DNA of 61,719 bases from an uncultured bacterium. GTDB taxonomy: Bacteria > Desulfobacterota > Deferrimicrobia > J040. The stretch is taken from positions 1 to 61,719 of the forward strand of contig CAYFXN010000005.1 in the NCBI GenBank assembly GCA_964347065.1, written 5' to 3'. Below are positions 27,187-36,741 of the stretch, one piece after another. Below the pieces are notes generated by a model, which worked only from the letters and a program-made list of their open reading frames with translations, did no database searches and was not told the DNA's origin. Within the stretch, counting starts at the first letter, position 1. Each line of letters opens with the position of its first letter. The translations under genes were made by a program, and so were the position numbers.

Positions 27187-27876
27187 GTGAACGCGATGAA
27201 GGTGAAATTCTTCTCAGCAGAAGGTGGGTTTGTGGAAAACACAAAACAGTTTTACAGAGCCAGGGGAGTTTTCCGCGATTATACAAATAAGAACTTTTAT
27301 GAACATGTCTTCGAACTAGAAGTCGAGCAACGGGATCACAGGGATAATCTTATTCCCCCCTTTGGTGAACCACATTTTGTTGGCACAAAAGACCTGGGTC
27401 TCGAGGATTTCCTAAAACAGATTGCCGTTGAAAGAGGGGTTACACTGTCGGTCGCTGAGTCCTGCACCGGCGGTCTCGTTGCGCATAGAATCACCAATGT
27501 CCCGGGAAGTTCGAGTTATTTCGAGGGAGGGGTTGTTGCCTACAGCGACAGGATGAAAATTGCAATTCTGGGAGTTCGCAAGGATTCGATCAAAAATTAT
27601 GGGTCTGTCAGCCCGCAGGTGGCGGAGGAGATGGCATGCGGTGTTGCCAGTGTAACCGGGTCGGATTTTGCCCTTTCGGTAACCGGGATAGCCGGACCTT
27701 TAGGAGGGACAAGGGAAAAACCGGTGGGAACGGTCTGGTTCGGTATCAGGACGCCAGGTGGTACGGAAAGAAAACGCCTGCTGTTTGAGGGCTCGAGAAC
27801 GGACATCAAATTCAAGGTTTCATCTTTCGCAATTTTCGACTTGATGAAAAAAATCAGGTGTTTTAGTTGGAAATGA
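27187..27876 (+). CDS. cinA: CinA/PncC-family nicotinamide-nucleotide amidohydrolase (C-terminal domain only)
   Basis: LSVAESCTGGLVAHRITNVPGSSSYF, GSVSPQVAEEMA, TGIAGP.GG...KPVGTVWFG. No recognisable MoCF-like N-terminal domain. Confidence 0.88.
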   Translation: MNAMKVKFFSAEGGFVENTKQFYRARGVFRDYTNKNFYEHVFELEVEQRDHRDNLIPPFGEPHFVGTKDLGLEDFLKQIAVERGVTLSVAESCTGGLVAHRITNVPGSSSYFEGGVVAYSDRMKIAILGVRKDSIKNYGSVSPQVAEEMACGVASVTGSDFALSVTGIAGPLGGTREKPVGTVWFGIRTPGGTERKRLLFEGSRTDIKFKVSSFAIFDLMKKIRCFSWK

Positions 27877-28418
27877 GAATGTTCACCGGAATATCCCTCC
27901 CTCTTGAGGTCCGGGAGGAAATTGATGCTCTCGTCGTCCGCATGAGCGCTCTCTTCAAAGGGATCAAATGGGTGGAGGTGGACAATTTACACATAACTTT
28001 GCGGTTTCTCGGTGAGGTGGAAAAAGAAAGGGTCCCTGACCTGCGTGAAGGTCTGAAAAGTGCCGCCGTCGGCAAAAAGCCCTTTCTCATCTCCCTGGCC
28101 ACCCTGGGAGCCTTTCCTTCATTGAGGTATCCACGGGTGTACTGGATCGGCGTTGACGAGGGGAAGGAGATGGTAAGATCTTTGCATGATGATATCAGCG
28201 ACGAGCTGAAAAAAGTCGGCTTCGATCCGGAGGGGAAAAAGTTTCACCCCCACGTAACGATCGGGAGGGTCAGAAAACGCGCATCGGAGAACCGATTGTT
28301 GCCCGAGAGAACCCACATCGGTGCGTTCACGGCGAAAGATTTCTGCCTTTTCAAAAGTACCATTACAAAGAAAGGACCCATATACGATATAATCGAGAAA
28401 ATAGAATTTAAGGAATAA
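27873..28418 (+). CDS. thpR: RNA 2',3'-cyclic phosphodiesterase (2H family)
   Basis: Two HxT motifs ([16 protein letters not shown]). ATG at 27873 overlaps the cinA stop (ATGA). Confidence 0.92.
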   Translation: MRMFTGISLPLEVREEIDALVVRMSALFKGIKWVEVDNLHITLRFLGEVEKERVPDLREGLKSAAVGKKPFLISLATLGAFPSLRYPRVYWIGVDEGKEMVRSLHDDISDELKKVGFDPEGKKFHPHVTIGRVRKRASENRLLPERTHIGAFTAKDFCLFKSTITKKGPIYDIIEKIEFKE

Positions 28419-28473
28419 AGCATTCATCAAACAGCGTCTTGTTACCGATATTAAATATATGCTGGAGGTAGTC

Positions 28474-29505
28474 ATGGAGTCCAATAAGAAAAAAGCTCTC
28501 GATATAGCCCTTTCGTCCATTGAGAAACAATATGGAAAGGGTTCAATCATGCGGCTAGGGGAGCGCGTCAGCGTTCCGGACGTTCCGGTGATCCCCACCG
28601 GCTCCATTTCTCTTGATTTAGCACTCGGCATCGGGGGTATTCCCCGGGGAAGGATCACGGAGATTTTCGGTCCCGAAATGTCGGGAAAGACGACGCTCGC
28701 TCTCCACATTTTGGCGGAATCACAGAAAATGTCGGGCGTCACCGCTTTCGTCGATGCCGAACATGCCCTCGATGTGCGCTATGCGTCGAAACTGGGTGTC
28801 AATACAGATGATCTTATCATTTCCCAGCCCGACTCAGGGGAACAGGCCCTCGATATTGTCGAGACGCTGGTTCGGAGCGGGGCGCTTGATCTGATCGTCA
28901 TCGATTCAGTGGCGGCGCTCGTGCCGAGAGCCGAACTCGAAGGGGAGATGGGTGACGCGCACATGGGCCTCCAGGCAAGACTCATGTCCCAGGCGCTGCG
29001 GAAACTTACGGCAACAATAAGTAAGTCCAACACCTCCGTGGTGTTTATCAACCAGACGAGGATGAAAATAGGGGTAATGTTCGGAAATCCCGAGACCACG
29101 ACGGGAGGCATGGCCCTCAAGTTTTATTCGTCACTGAGGATAGACATCCGGAGAATAGCACAGATCAAGGTGGGCAACGAGGTGATCGGAAACAGGACTC
29201 GGGCGAAGATCGTAAAAAACAAGCTCGCTCCTCCTTTCAGGGATGTGGAGTTCGACATACTCTACGGTGAAGGTATTTCCAAGGAGGGAGACCTGGTTGA
29301 TCTGGCCACCAATTTGGGAATAGTGGAGAAGAGCGGATCCTGGTATTCTTTCAAGGACGAGAAAGTGGGGCAGGGCAGGGAAAACGTGCGCCTGTTCCTT
29401 CAGCAAAATAAGGATGTGAGCGATAGCATAGAGAGGGAAGTGAGGGAGAAAACGGGGTTGAAGGCGTTGAAAGGGGAGGAGAAAAACCAAGAGCAGGGAG
29501 ATTGA
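28474..29505 (+). CDS. recA: Recombinase RecA
   Basis: [59 protein letters not shown] at 28474 behind GGAGG. Confidence 0.99.
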   Translation: MESNKKKALDIALSSIEKQYGKGSIMRLGERVSVPDVPVIPTGSISLDLALGIGGIPRGRITEIFGPEMSGKTTLALHILAESQKMSGVTAFVDAEHALDVRYASKLGVNTDDLIISQPDSGEQALDIVETLVRSGALDLIVIDSVAALVPRAELEGEMGDAHMGLQARLMSQALRKLTATISKSNTSVVFINQTRMKIGVMFGNPETTTGGMALKFYSSLRIDIRRIAQIKVGNEVIGNRTRAKIVKNKLAPPFRDVEFDILYGEGISKEGDLVDLATNLGIVEKSGSWYSFKDEKVGQGRENVRLFLQQNKDVSDSIEREVREKTGLKALKGEEKNQEQGD

Positions 29506-30647
29506 AGATGTCCCTTAATTTGAATGAAATATTACAGGTTGCCGTTAAAAACGGCGCATCGGATGTTCACCTTAAAGTGGGGCTACCCCCAGTACTCAGA
29601 GTTAACGGGAGGCTCGTTCCCCTGAAAGTGGACTATCGGTTGAAACGCGAAGATCTCATGGCCATCACGAATATGGTTCTGAGCGATGCCCAGAAGGAAA
29701 AGTTTAGGGACGCGCGAGAACTCGACGTGGCCTATAGCGTCTCCGGGCTCGGTCGTTTCAGGACCAATATATTCATGCAGCGGGGTACGCTCGGCATCGC
29801 CCTGCGGGTTGTCCCCGGGGGCGTCCTCTCCTTCGAGGAGTTAAACCTTCCGGAAGTTCTCGAAAAAGTTGCCATGGAGGCAAGAGGCCTTATCCTTTGT
29901 ACCGGAACCACGGGGAGCGGCAAATCGACGACACTTGCTTCGATCATAGAATATATCAACAATCACAGGACATGCCATATCATCACCATCGAAGACCCGA
30001 TCGAGTTTCTCCTCAAGGATAAAAAGAGCATTATCACACAACGGGAGGTGGAAGTTGACACCCCCTCGTTCGCAGCGGCCCTGAAGAGCGCCCTCAGACA
30101 GGATCCCGACGTGATACTCCTGGGAGAGATGAGGGACTACGAGACCATTGAAACTGCTCTTATTGCTGCCGAAACGGGACATCTCGTTCTCAGCACCCTT
30201 CACACGCTGGATGCGGCAGAGACCATCAACCGCATAATTACCGTTTTTCCTCCCTATCAGCAGAAACAGATACGCCTGCAGCTCTCAACGATCCTCAAAT
30301 CAGTCATATCGCAGCGCCTGGTGATGAGAGCTGATGGTGAAGGTAGGGTGCCGGCAGTGGAAATACTTCTGAACACTGCAAGGGTCAGGGAATATATCGA
30401 GGACAAAGAGAAGACGAAAAAGATACGGGATGCGATAGCCGAGGGCTTCGTATCCTACGGGATGCAGACCTTCGACCAGTCCCTCATGAGTCTCTACAAA
30501 AGTCAACTGATTAGCCTCGATGAGGCGATGAGGCAGGCAAGCAACCCTGACGACTTTGCCCTACGCGTCAAGGGTGTGACGAGCAGTTCCGACCTCACAT
30601 GGGATGAGTTTGAAAGGGCAGGAGGAGATGAGGAAGACGGTCTGTGA
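29502..30647 (+). CDS. pilT: Type IV pilus retraction ATPase PilT/PilU family
   Basis: [60 protein letters not shown]. Start is TTG at 29502 or ATG at 29508. Confidence 0.93.
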   Translation: MKMSLNLNEILQVAVKNGASDVHLKVGLPPVLRVNGRLVPLKVDYRLKREDLMAITNMVLSDAQKEKFRDARELDVAYSVSGLGRFRTNIFMQRGTLGIALRVVPGGVLSFEELNLPEVLEKVAMEARGLILCTGTTGSGKSTTLASIIEYINNHRTCHIITIEDPIEFLLKDKKSIITQREVEVDTPSFAAALKSALRQDPDVILLGEMRDYETIETALIAAETGHLVLSTLHTLDAAETINRIITVFPPYQQKQIRLQLSTILKSVISQRLVMRADGEGRVPAVEILLNTARVREYIEDKEKTKKIRDAIAEGFVSYGMQTFDQSLMSLYKSQLISLDEAMRQASNPDDFALRVKGVTSSSDLTWDEFERAGGDEEDGL

Positions 30648-31138
30648 AAAAGGGTGACGGTGATTGTTTCAGGGAATCTCTCAGGATAGTGTCCAGGCGG
30701 CAATATTCTGTGTTGGAGGTGCGTGAGAAACTTCTGAAGAAGGGTTTTGGCGAGGGACCTGTCGGGGAATCGGTAAGCAAACTGGAGGATTACGGATACC
30801 TCGACGATAGGGAACTGGCGAAATCGATCGTCTATAGCAAGTTCCATTCAGCAGGGTACGGGAGAAGAAAAATCCGTCAATATCTCAGGAGAAGGAAAAT
30901 CCCTGAGAATATAATAGATAGTGAACTGGAAGAGTCCGTTTCCCGGAGGGAGGCAATCGAGAGAGGGGTAGCGCTCCTGGGAAGAAAACAGCAGCGGGCT
31001 GAAAAAAAACTCATGTCGGAGAAGGGAAGGGTTTTGCGGTTCCTCGCGGGGAGGGGGTTTGAACTCGGCGAGTGTATCGATATAATTTCTGCATACGAGA
31101 AAATGAAGAGGAAAGAAAATGACGGGGAAGGAAGTTAG
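30644..31138 (+). CDS. recX: Regulatory protein RecX
   Basis: RRQYSVLEVREKL, YGYLDDRELA, YGRRKIRQYLRRRKI, RFLAGRGF. Confidence 0.85.
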   Translation: MKKGDGDCFRESLRIVSRRQYSVLEVREKLLKKGFGEGPVGESVSKLEDYGYLDDRELAKSIVYSKFHSAGYGRRKIRQYLRRRKIPENIIDSELEESVSRREAIERGVALLGRKQQRAEKKLMSEKGRVLRFLAGRGFELGECIDIISAYEKMKRKENDGEGS

Positions 31139-33755
31139 AGAGAGGTTCTTGAAATACTTCGAGAAACACGAGCATAAGATACTTTCCAGCTCATCGCTCG
31201 TCCCTGCAAAGGACCCCTCTTTGCTCTTTACCAATGCCGGGATGGTCCAGTTCAAAGGGGCTTTTCTCGGTATTGAGAATGTGGGCACGAAGAGAGCAAC
31301 CACCTCTCAAAAATGCCTCAGAGTCTCGGGAAAACACAACGACCTGGAAAATGTGGGTTACACGGCGAGGCATCACACGTTTTTTGAAATGCTGGGGAAC
31401 TTTTCCTTCGGCGACTATTTTAAAAAGGAAGCCATATTTTTCGGCTGGGATTTTCTTGTGTATGACCTCGGTCTTGACCCATCCCGGCTCTACGTGTCCG
31501 TTTTCGAGGATGATGCAGAGGCCTACGTATTGTGGAACAAAGATATGGGTGTGCCCGAGGAGAGAATTTTTCGCTTCGGCGAGGAGGACAATTTTTGGGC
31601 TATGGGAGATACAGGTCCCTGCGGGCCCTGTTCTGAAATTATCTATGATCAGGGCGCAATTGCCGGCTGCGGTAAACCAACCTGCACCGTGGGCTGCGAC
31701 TGTGACCGTTACCTCGAAATATGGAACCTGGTTTTCATGCAGTTTGACAGAGATGAGAAAGGAGCCTTGAACCCTCTCCCGAAACCGAGCATAGATACCG
31801 GCATGGGGCTCGAGCGGATAACTGCTGCGATGCAGGGGGTGAAGAGCAATTACGACACGGATTTCTTCACCGGCCTCATCGAGAAAATCGAGAAGATAGC
31901 AGGGATAGGCTATGGAAGGGATGAGACCGTTGATTCGGCGATGAGAGTCATTGCCGACCACGGCAGGGCAACGGCGTTTCTGATAGCAGATGGGGTTTTA
32001 CCTTCCAACGAAGGGAGGGGCTATGTGCTTCGCAGGATTATGCGTAGAGCCCTCCGCCACGGGAAAAAGTTGGGATTTGAAAAGCCTTTCCTGCATGCCG
32101 TTGCCGCGCAGGTAGTCGAGGAGATGGGAGGGCAATATCCCGAACTCCCTTCGAACAGGGAGTTTATCCGAAAGGTGGTTGTCAATGAGGAAGAGCGCTT
32201 TCTTGCAACTCTTGACAGTGGGCTGAAGATTTTTGAGGAAGCGGCGAGAAAAAGCCTTGAAAGCGGAAAAAAGTTGTTTCACGGGAAGGTAGCGTTCAAG
32301 CTCTATGACACCTTCGGGTTTCCCCTGGACCTCACGCAAGATATATGCAGGGAACGTGGCTTGGAGGTCGACACTGCAGAGTTTGACACCGAGATGGAAA
32401 AGCAAAAAGAGAGGGCGAGGCAGGCCTGGAAGGGCGGGGATTATGTGTCGGAAATTTCAACCTATACGGATCTTCTCGAGCAGGGTTTTAAGACGGAATT
32501 TACCGGATATGATTTCACCTCCGACACCGGTGCAGTCGTGAGTATTGTCAGACAGAGAGAAAAGGTGGAACGGGCCGAATCCGGAGACGAGATCGATCTT
32601 GTGACGAACAGGACCCCTTTCTACGCGGAGAGCGGAGGACAGGCAGGTGACCGGGGAAAAGTGTGGTCGAAGGAGGGGGCCGTTGAGATAGAGGAAACGT
32701 TTTTTGTTGCCGAAAATATCATCGTGCACAGGGGAAAGGTGGTTTCCGGAAGCGTTGCCGTCGGTGACAGGGTAAACCTCGCTATCGAGGAAGAATTGCG
32801 CCAGAGAACTCAGGCAAATCATACTGCCACGCATATCCTTCAGGCTGCCCTGCGGGATATTCTCGGTGACCATGTGAGACAGGCGGGGTCGTACGTTGGT
32901 CCCGACAAGCTCCGGTTCGACTATACCCATTTCGACCAGGTCACACTGGAGCAGAAAAGAGAGATCGAGGAATTTGTAAACAGGGTGATACATCAGAGAA
33001 GGGATGTAACCTGGGAACTGCTTTCCTACGACCTCGCACTGGCGAATGGGGCTATGGCGCTTTTCGGAGAAAAGTATGGTGACATCGTAAGGATGGTTAA
33101 GATAGATGGCGTGAGCGCAGAGCTTTGCGGGGGCACGCATGCTACCAATACGGGCGATCTCGGCGTTTTCGTGCTCACTGAGGAGAGGGCTCTGGCTTCC
33201 GGCGTTCGAAGGATGGAGTCCCTGACCGGTATGGAGGCCTTCGCCTACCTGAATGATCTGCGCCGGATGCTTGAAAAAACATCCCACCTCCTCGCTGTGG
33301 CCCCCGAGGATGTTGACGCACGGGTGGAAAAGCTTCTCTCAGATATGAAAAGGCTCGAGAAGGAAAAAGAGGAGATCAGGAAAAAAGCGATGAAAGGAGA
33401 CCTCCTGGGGGGAGAGTTGAAGGTGGAGGAATATTCGGGAGTTCCATTTGCCCACAGGTTTGTCGAAGAGGTGGAGGTGAAAATTCTGAGAGAGATGATG
33501 GACGAGCTGAAGGGAAAGCTGAAAAAAGGGGTCATTGTGCTGGGAACGAAGACAGAAGGAAAGTGCACCGTTCTCGTGGGAGTAACGAGGGATATCTCGG
33601 ATCGCATCGACGCGAGAAAAATTGTGGATGAAATTTCTCGTGTTACCGGTGGATCGGGAGGTGGGAGAGCAGATCTCGCTCAGACGGGGTCAACAGATCC
33701 CCGCTTGCTGGAGACAGCAGTCGACACAACGAAGGATTATTTAAAAAATCTTTGA
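31119..33755 (+). CDS. alaS: Alanine--tRNA ligase
   Basis: LLFTNAGMVQFK, RHHTFFEMLGNFSFGDYFK, DTGMGLER, editing domain NHTATH/ELCGGTH, GGGRADLAQ. Confidence 0.99.
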   Translation: MTGKEVRERFLKYFEKHEHKILSSSSLVPAKDPSLLFTNAGMVQFKGAFLGIENVGTKRATTSQKCLRVSGKHNDLENVGYTARHHTFFEMLGNFSFGDYFKKEAIFFGWDFLVYDLGLDPSRLYVSVFEDDAEAYVLWNKDMGVPEERIFRFGEEDNFWAMGDTGPCGPCSEIIYDQGAIAGCGKPTCTVGCDCDRYLEIWNLVFMQFDRDEKGALNPLPKPSIDTGMGLERITAAMQGVKSNYDTDFFTGLIEKIEKIAGIGYGRDETVDSAMRVIADHGRATAFLIADGVLPSNEGRGYVLRRIMRRALRHGKKLGFEKPFLHAVAAQVVEEMGGQYPELPSNREFIRKVVVNEEERFLATLDSGLKIFEEAARKSLESGKKLFHGKVAFKLYDTFGFPLDLTQDICRERGLEVDTAEFDTEMEKQKERARQAWKGGDYVSEISTYTDLLEQGFKTEFTGYDFTSDTGAVVSIVRQREKVERAESGDEIDLVTNRTPFYAESGGQAGDRGKVWSKEGAVEIEETFFVAENIIVHRGKVVSGSVAVGDRVNLAIEEELRQRTQANHTATHILQAALRDILGDHVRQAGSYVGPDKLRFDYTHFDQVTLEQKREIEEFVNRVIHQRRDVTWELLSYDLALANGAMALFGEKYGDIVRMVKIDGVSAELCGGTHATNTGDLGVFVLTEERALASGVRRMESLTGMEAFAYLNDLRRMLEKTSHLLAVAPEDVDARVEKLLSDMKRLEKEKEEIRKKAMKGDLLGGELKVEEYSGVPFAHRFVEEVEVKILREMMDELKGKLKKGVIVLGTKTEGKCTVLVGVTRDISDRIDARKIVDEISRVTGGSGGGRADLAQTGSTDPRLLETAVDTTKDYLKNL

Positions 33756-33772
33756 GAACCCAACAAATGCTG

Positions 33773-34474
33773 TCAGCTATCCTTGGCTATTGATTTCAGG
33801 TACAGGTGAGCAAGTTTGTTCGTCGGCTCAATTGTCAGTGATTTCTCCCAGAAGGCTTTCGCTTCTCCTGCGTTCCCCTCAATATAATGGATCAATCCTA
33901 TGCCGAGAAGGGCCGGAACGTACGCCGGTTTCTCTTCAAGGATCTCATAAAGAGTCTGTTTTGCCTCCTCAAAGTCTCCTTTTTCTCTGAGAGCTGCGGC
34001 GTACTCCAGTTTTACGTCAAGGTAATCAGGGGCGATCTCGAGGGCTTTTTTGAAGTGAAAAACCGCCTGTTCGTATCTGTTGATAGAGATGGAAACCCTG
34101 CCGAGTTCTCTGTGAAGATTTACTATTCGTGGTTTGACGATGGTGTCGGGAATTAACTTCTTTTCGCCCGATAATGCAGTTATTGCCTTCTCGAATGCAT
34201 CTTTTGCCTCTCGGTACTTTCCCATATCGTTGAGGGTTATCGAGAGGCCGAGCAGGGCTTCGACATACCCTTCATTTAAAATCAGGGCCTCTTTGAAAAA
34301 ATATATAGCCCGGTTTATTTCCCCGAGTGAGTGGCAGGTGAGTCCGAGGGTGTAGTAGACGTCGGCATATTTTGCCCCCTTTTCGATGGCGCTCAGAAGG
34401 ATTTTTTCCGCCCTTTTGTAATCCTTTTCCTCAAAAGATCTTTTCCCCAGCGTGACGAGGGTGTTTTTCTTCAT
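33773..34474 (-). CDS. Tetratricopeptide-repeat protein
   Basis: Six or so TPR units (YADVYYTLGL, YVEALLGLSITL, YLDVKLEYAAAL, YVPALLGIGLIHY). Confidence 0.85.
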   Translation of the reverse strand: MKKNTLVTLGKRSFEEKDYKRAEKILLSAIEKGAKYADVYYTLGLTCHSLGEINRAIYFFKEALILNEGYVEALLGLSITLNDMGKYREAKDAFEKAITALSGEKKLIPDTIVKPRIVNLHRELGRVSISINRYEQAVFHFKKALEIAPDYLDVKLEYAAALREKGDFEEAKQTLYEILEEKPAYVPALLGIGLIHYIEGNAGEAKAFWEKSLTIEPTNKLAHLYLKSIAKDS

Positions 34475-35223
34475 TGGGTATCTCCTTCAATTTCTTCTCT
34501 GAGATTCGCTGTCTCCTCCCTGTCAGGATAATAATTCTCCATGAACTCCAGAAGTTTTCGCGCCTCCTCACTCTTATTTTCTGAAAGGTAGGTCTCGGCG
34601 AGCAAATTGACTATTTCGGGAGCTGTTTTCGTATCGGAGTATTTCTCGAATGCTACCTTCAATCGTTTTTCTGCACTCGGTAACTTTTTCAGCTTGATGT
34701 AGAACCGTGCAATCAGCACCTCATGTCTTGCGAGATCGTTCTTTAACTCTTTGATTCGTAGAATTGCTTTTTTTGCCTCGGGACTGCCTTCGTGCTTCTC
34801 GACAATTTGCGTGTATAGAGCTATTGCCCCCTCCGTGTTACTCTGGTCCCTCCCGGCTTTTTCCCTGTCCCGCTCCAAATTTCTTCCTTTGAGAAGGAGC
34901 GCCGCTGGCATGAGCTTGCTGTCTGGGTAGAGCCGCGTGAAGTCATCGAGAGCGACCTCGGCCTCGACGTTTTGCTCGTCGAGGTAATAGGCTCTGCCAA
35001 TTTCAAAATAGGCGTTTTCAAGGAGCGGCGAAGAAGCATGATCGTTGATCATCTCTTTCAATATGGTTATCGCATCTATGTACTCTTCATCGGCGATCAA
35101 GCTCTCGGCGGCCTGGAAGACTTCCCTGTCACTCGATTTTTCTTTGATTTTTGCCCCTGAACAGCCAGAGAGAACCGCCAGGAATAGCATCCCGATAGGA
35201 ATAATTAAGCTTTCTCGACTCAT
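34471..35223 (-). CDS. bamD: Outer membrane protein assembly factor BamD
   Basis: Lipobox LSGC, TPRs, RDQSNT..AI..Y..IV..H, LARHEVLIARFYIK. Confidence 0.9.
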   Translation of the reverse strand: MSRESLIIPIGMLFLAVLSGCSGAKIKEKSSDREVFQAAESLIADEEYIDAITILKEMINDHASSPLLENAYFEIGRAYYLDEQNVEAEVALDDFTRLYPDSKLMPAALLLKGRNLERDREKAGRDQSNTEGAIALYTQIVEKHEGSPEAKKAILRIKELKNDLARHEVLIARFYIKLKKLPSAEKRLKVAFEKYSDTKTAPEIVNLLAETYLSENKSEEARKLLEFMENYYPDREETANLREEIEGDTQ

Positions 35224-35464
35224 TGAATGATAACGTGTTCCGTTCAGTTTTACTCTCGATTATAGGGGAAATCAGCGCCACAAAAAAGAAAAAGTTGATT
35301 CCAGACAGAGTAAAATGGCCCCTAATTGCTGAGGCGTGGGTGGTCTTTTTCCCCGGAGAAAGGGTACCCCTCTCTTATTCTGAGAAGCGGATAATAAATC
35401 CCGGGACCAGACGCCTCTTTTTCGCTCCTGTCGCAAAAGGTTGTTTGTTACGGGTTTTTTACAC

Positions 35465-35493
35465 TTGACACTCTTTGAACATCGTAATATAAG
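35465..35493 (+). promoter_or_regulatory. Sigma70 promoter of the TetR gene
   Basis: TTGACA-N17-TATAAG. Confidence 0.7.
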
Positions 35494-35507
35494 GTGGATT
35501 ACATTTG

Positions 35508-35523
35508 TCAATCGTTTGATTAA
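35508..35523. promoter_or_regulatory. Candidate TetR operator (imperfect palindrome)
   Basis: TCAATCG-TT-TGATTAA between the -10 box and the ATG. Confidence 0.55.
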
Positions 35524-35525
35524 TT

Positions 35526-36161
35526 ATGCCAAAGAAGAAGAAAAAAACCCGATCTCCCGAAGAAGTCAGGCAGAAGATAATGGTGGCTGCAGAGGAACTC
35601 TTCGCTGAAAAGGGGTTTGCAGCAACCTCCATCAGAGAGATAGCGGCGCGGGCAAGTGTGAACAGCGCAATGATCTATTATTACTTCGAGGATAAGCAGG
35701 GGCTCTACAGAAGCATAGTGGATTTCTGCTCAAATGAAACCTACCGGATGCTCCTCCGGGCGTTCAAAGGGAGGAGGGACCCTGCCGAACAGCTGAAAGA
35801 ATTCTGTGTTGAATATGCCCGGGCACACTATCTGAACAGGGATATCGTCAAGATTATCCACAGAGAAATGGTTTCAAACGGTGAAGACCTGAGCGATTTC
35901 GTGAGAGTGTACTTCAGAAAAACCCTCGATACCGTGAAGGATATACTCGAGAGGGGCATTGACAATGGAAGGTTCAGAAATGTCGACATGGAATTGACAG
36001 CCGCCACCCTTTTCGGCCTCATACTCTTTATCTTTTTGACTGAGCCGGTGATAGTTTCCATGAGGAATATTTCGTCTCTCGATGAGGCAACGGTGATCGC
36101 TATTACAGAGGACCTCATAGATATATTTCTCGCCGGCATCATAAACAGGCATCCCGTTTAA
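35526..36161 (+). CDS. TetR/AcrR-family transcriptional regulator
   Basis: AAEELFAEKGFAATSIREIAARASVNSAMIYYYFEDKQGLY HTH. Confidence 0.95.
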   Translation: MPKKKKKTRSPEEVRQKIMVAAEELFAEKGFAATSIREIAARASVNSAMIYYYFEDKQGLYRSIVDFCSNETYRMLLRAFKGRRDPAEQLKEFCVEYARAHYLNRDIVKIIHREMVSNGEDLSDFVRVYFRKTLDTVKDILERGIDNGRFRNVDMELTAATLFGLILFIFLTEPVIVSMRNISSLDEATVIAITEDLIDIFLAGIINRHPV

Positions 36162-36162
36162 A

Positions 36163-36178
36163 ATAATCGATCGTTTAA
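36163..36178. promoter_or_regulatory. Second operator-like palindrome immediately after the tetR stop
   Basis: ATAATCG-AT-CGTTTAA, the same AAWCG-NN-YGWTT pattern as the upstream site. Confidence 0.45.
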
Positions 36179-36282
36179 TAAAAGCCCATGTAGCGCTTGG
36201 ATTGTGCCGAGACGCTTTTTCATCTTTCTTCCAACCGGTTTTTGTTTTATAAATCTTTTATGTGCGTTGGAGGGAGGTCCTT

Positions 36283-36735
36283 TTGAGGGGAATCATCCAG
36301 AGAGTTCTCGGGGCGAGGATTACCGTAAAGGAGGGCGAAGTTGCCAGAATAGGAAGAGGTATTCTGGTCTTTCTTGCCGTTGAGAGGGGTGATGGCGAAG
36401 AGGATGGAGAATATATGGCGCGGAAAATTGCGGGCCTTCGCATATTTCCTTCCGCAGATGGGAGCACGGAGAGCGATCGCTCCGTTTCCGAGTTAGATGC
36501 CGAGATTTGCATCGTGCCGCAGTTTACCCTGATGGGAGATGTAAGGAAGGGAAACAGGCCCTCCTACTCTGAGGCGGAAAAACCCGATATCGCAAGAGAT
36601 CGTATCATGAGAGTCGTGGAAATCCTCAAAAGGAGCGGTCACTCGATTGTTGCTGGCTCTTTTCGAGAGCATATGCACGTGGAGATCGTCAATGATGGAC
36701 CGTATACGGTTATACTGGATTCCCGGAAAAAATGA
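36283..36735 (+). CDS. dtd: D-aminoacyl-tRNA deacylase
   Basis: MRGIIQRV, VPQFTL.GD.RKGNRPSY, VEIVNDGPYT. TTG start at 36283 behind GGAGG. Confidence 0.95.
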   Translation: MRGIIQRVLGARITVKEGEVARIGRGILVFLAVERGDGEEDGEYMARKIAGLRIFPSADGSTESDRSVSELDAEICIVPQFTLMGDVRKGNRPSYSEAEKPDIARDRIMRVVEILKRSGHSIVAGSFREHMHVEIVNDGPYTVILDSRKK

Positions 36736-36741
36736 CGGAGG

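Noticed and set aside
28419-28473. LexA/SOS box upstream of recA
   Set aside because: No match to the CTGT-N8-ACAG, GAAC-N4-GTTC or GGTT-N2-C-N4-G-N3-ACC types that I could support.
35223-35511. Short ORFs (81 aa +, 79 aa -) between bamD and tetR
   Set aside because: They overlap divergent promoter elements and have no RBS or motif support.
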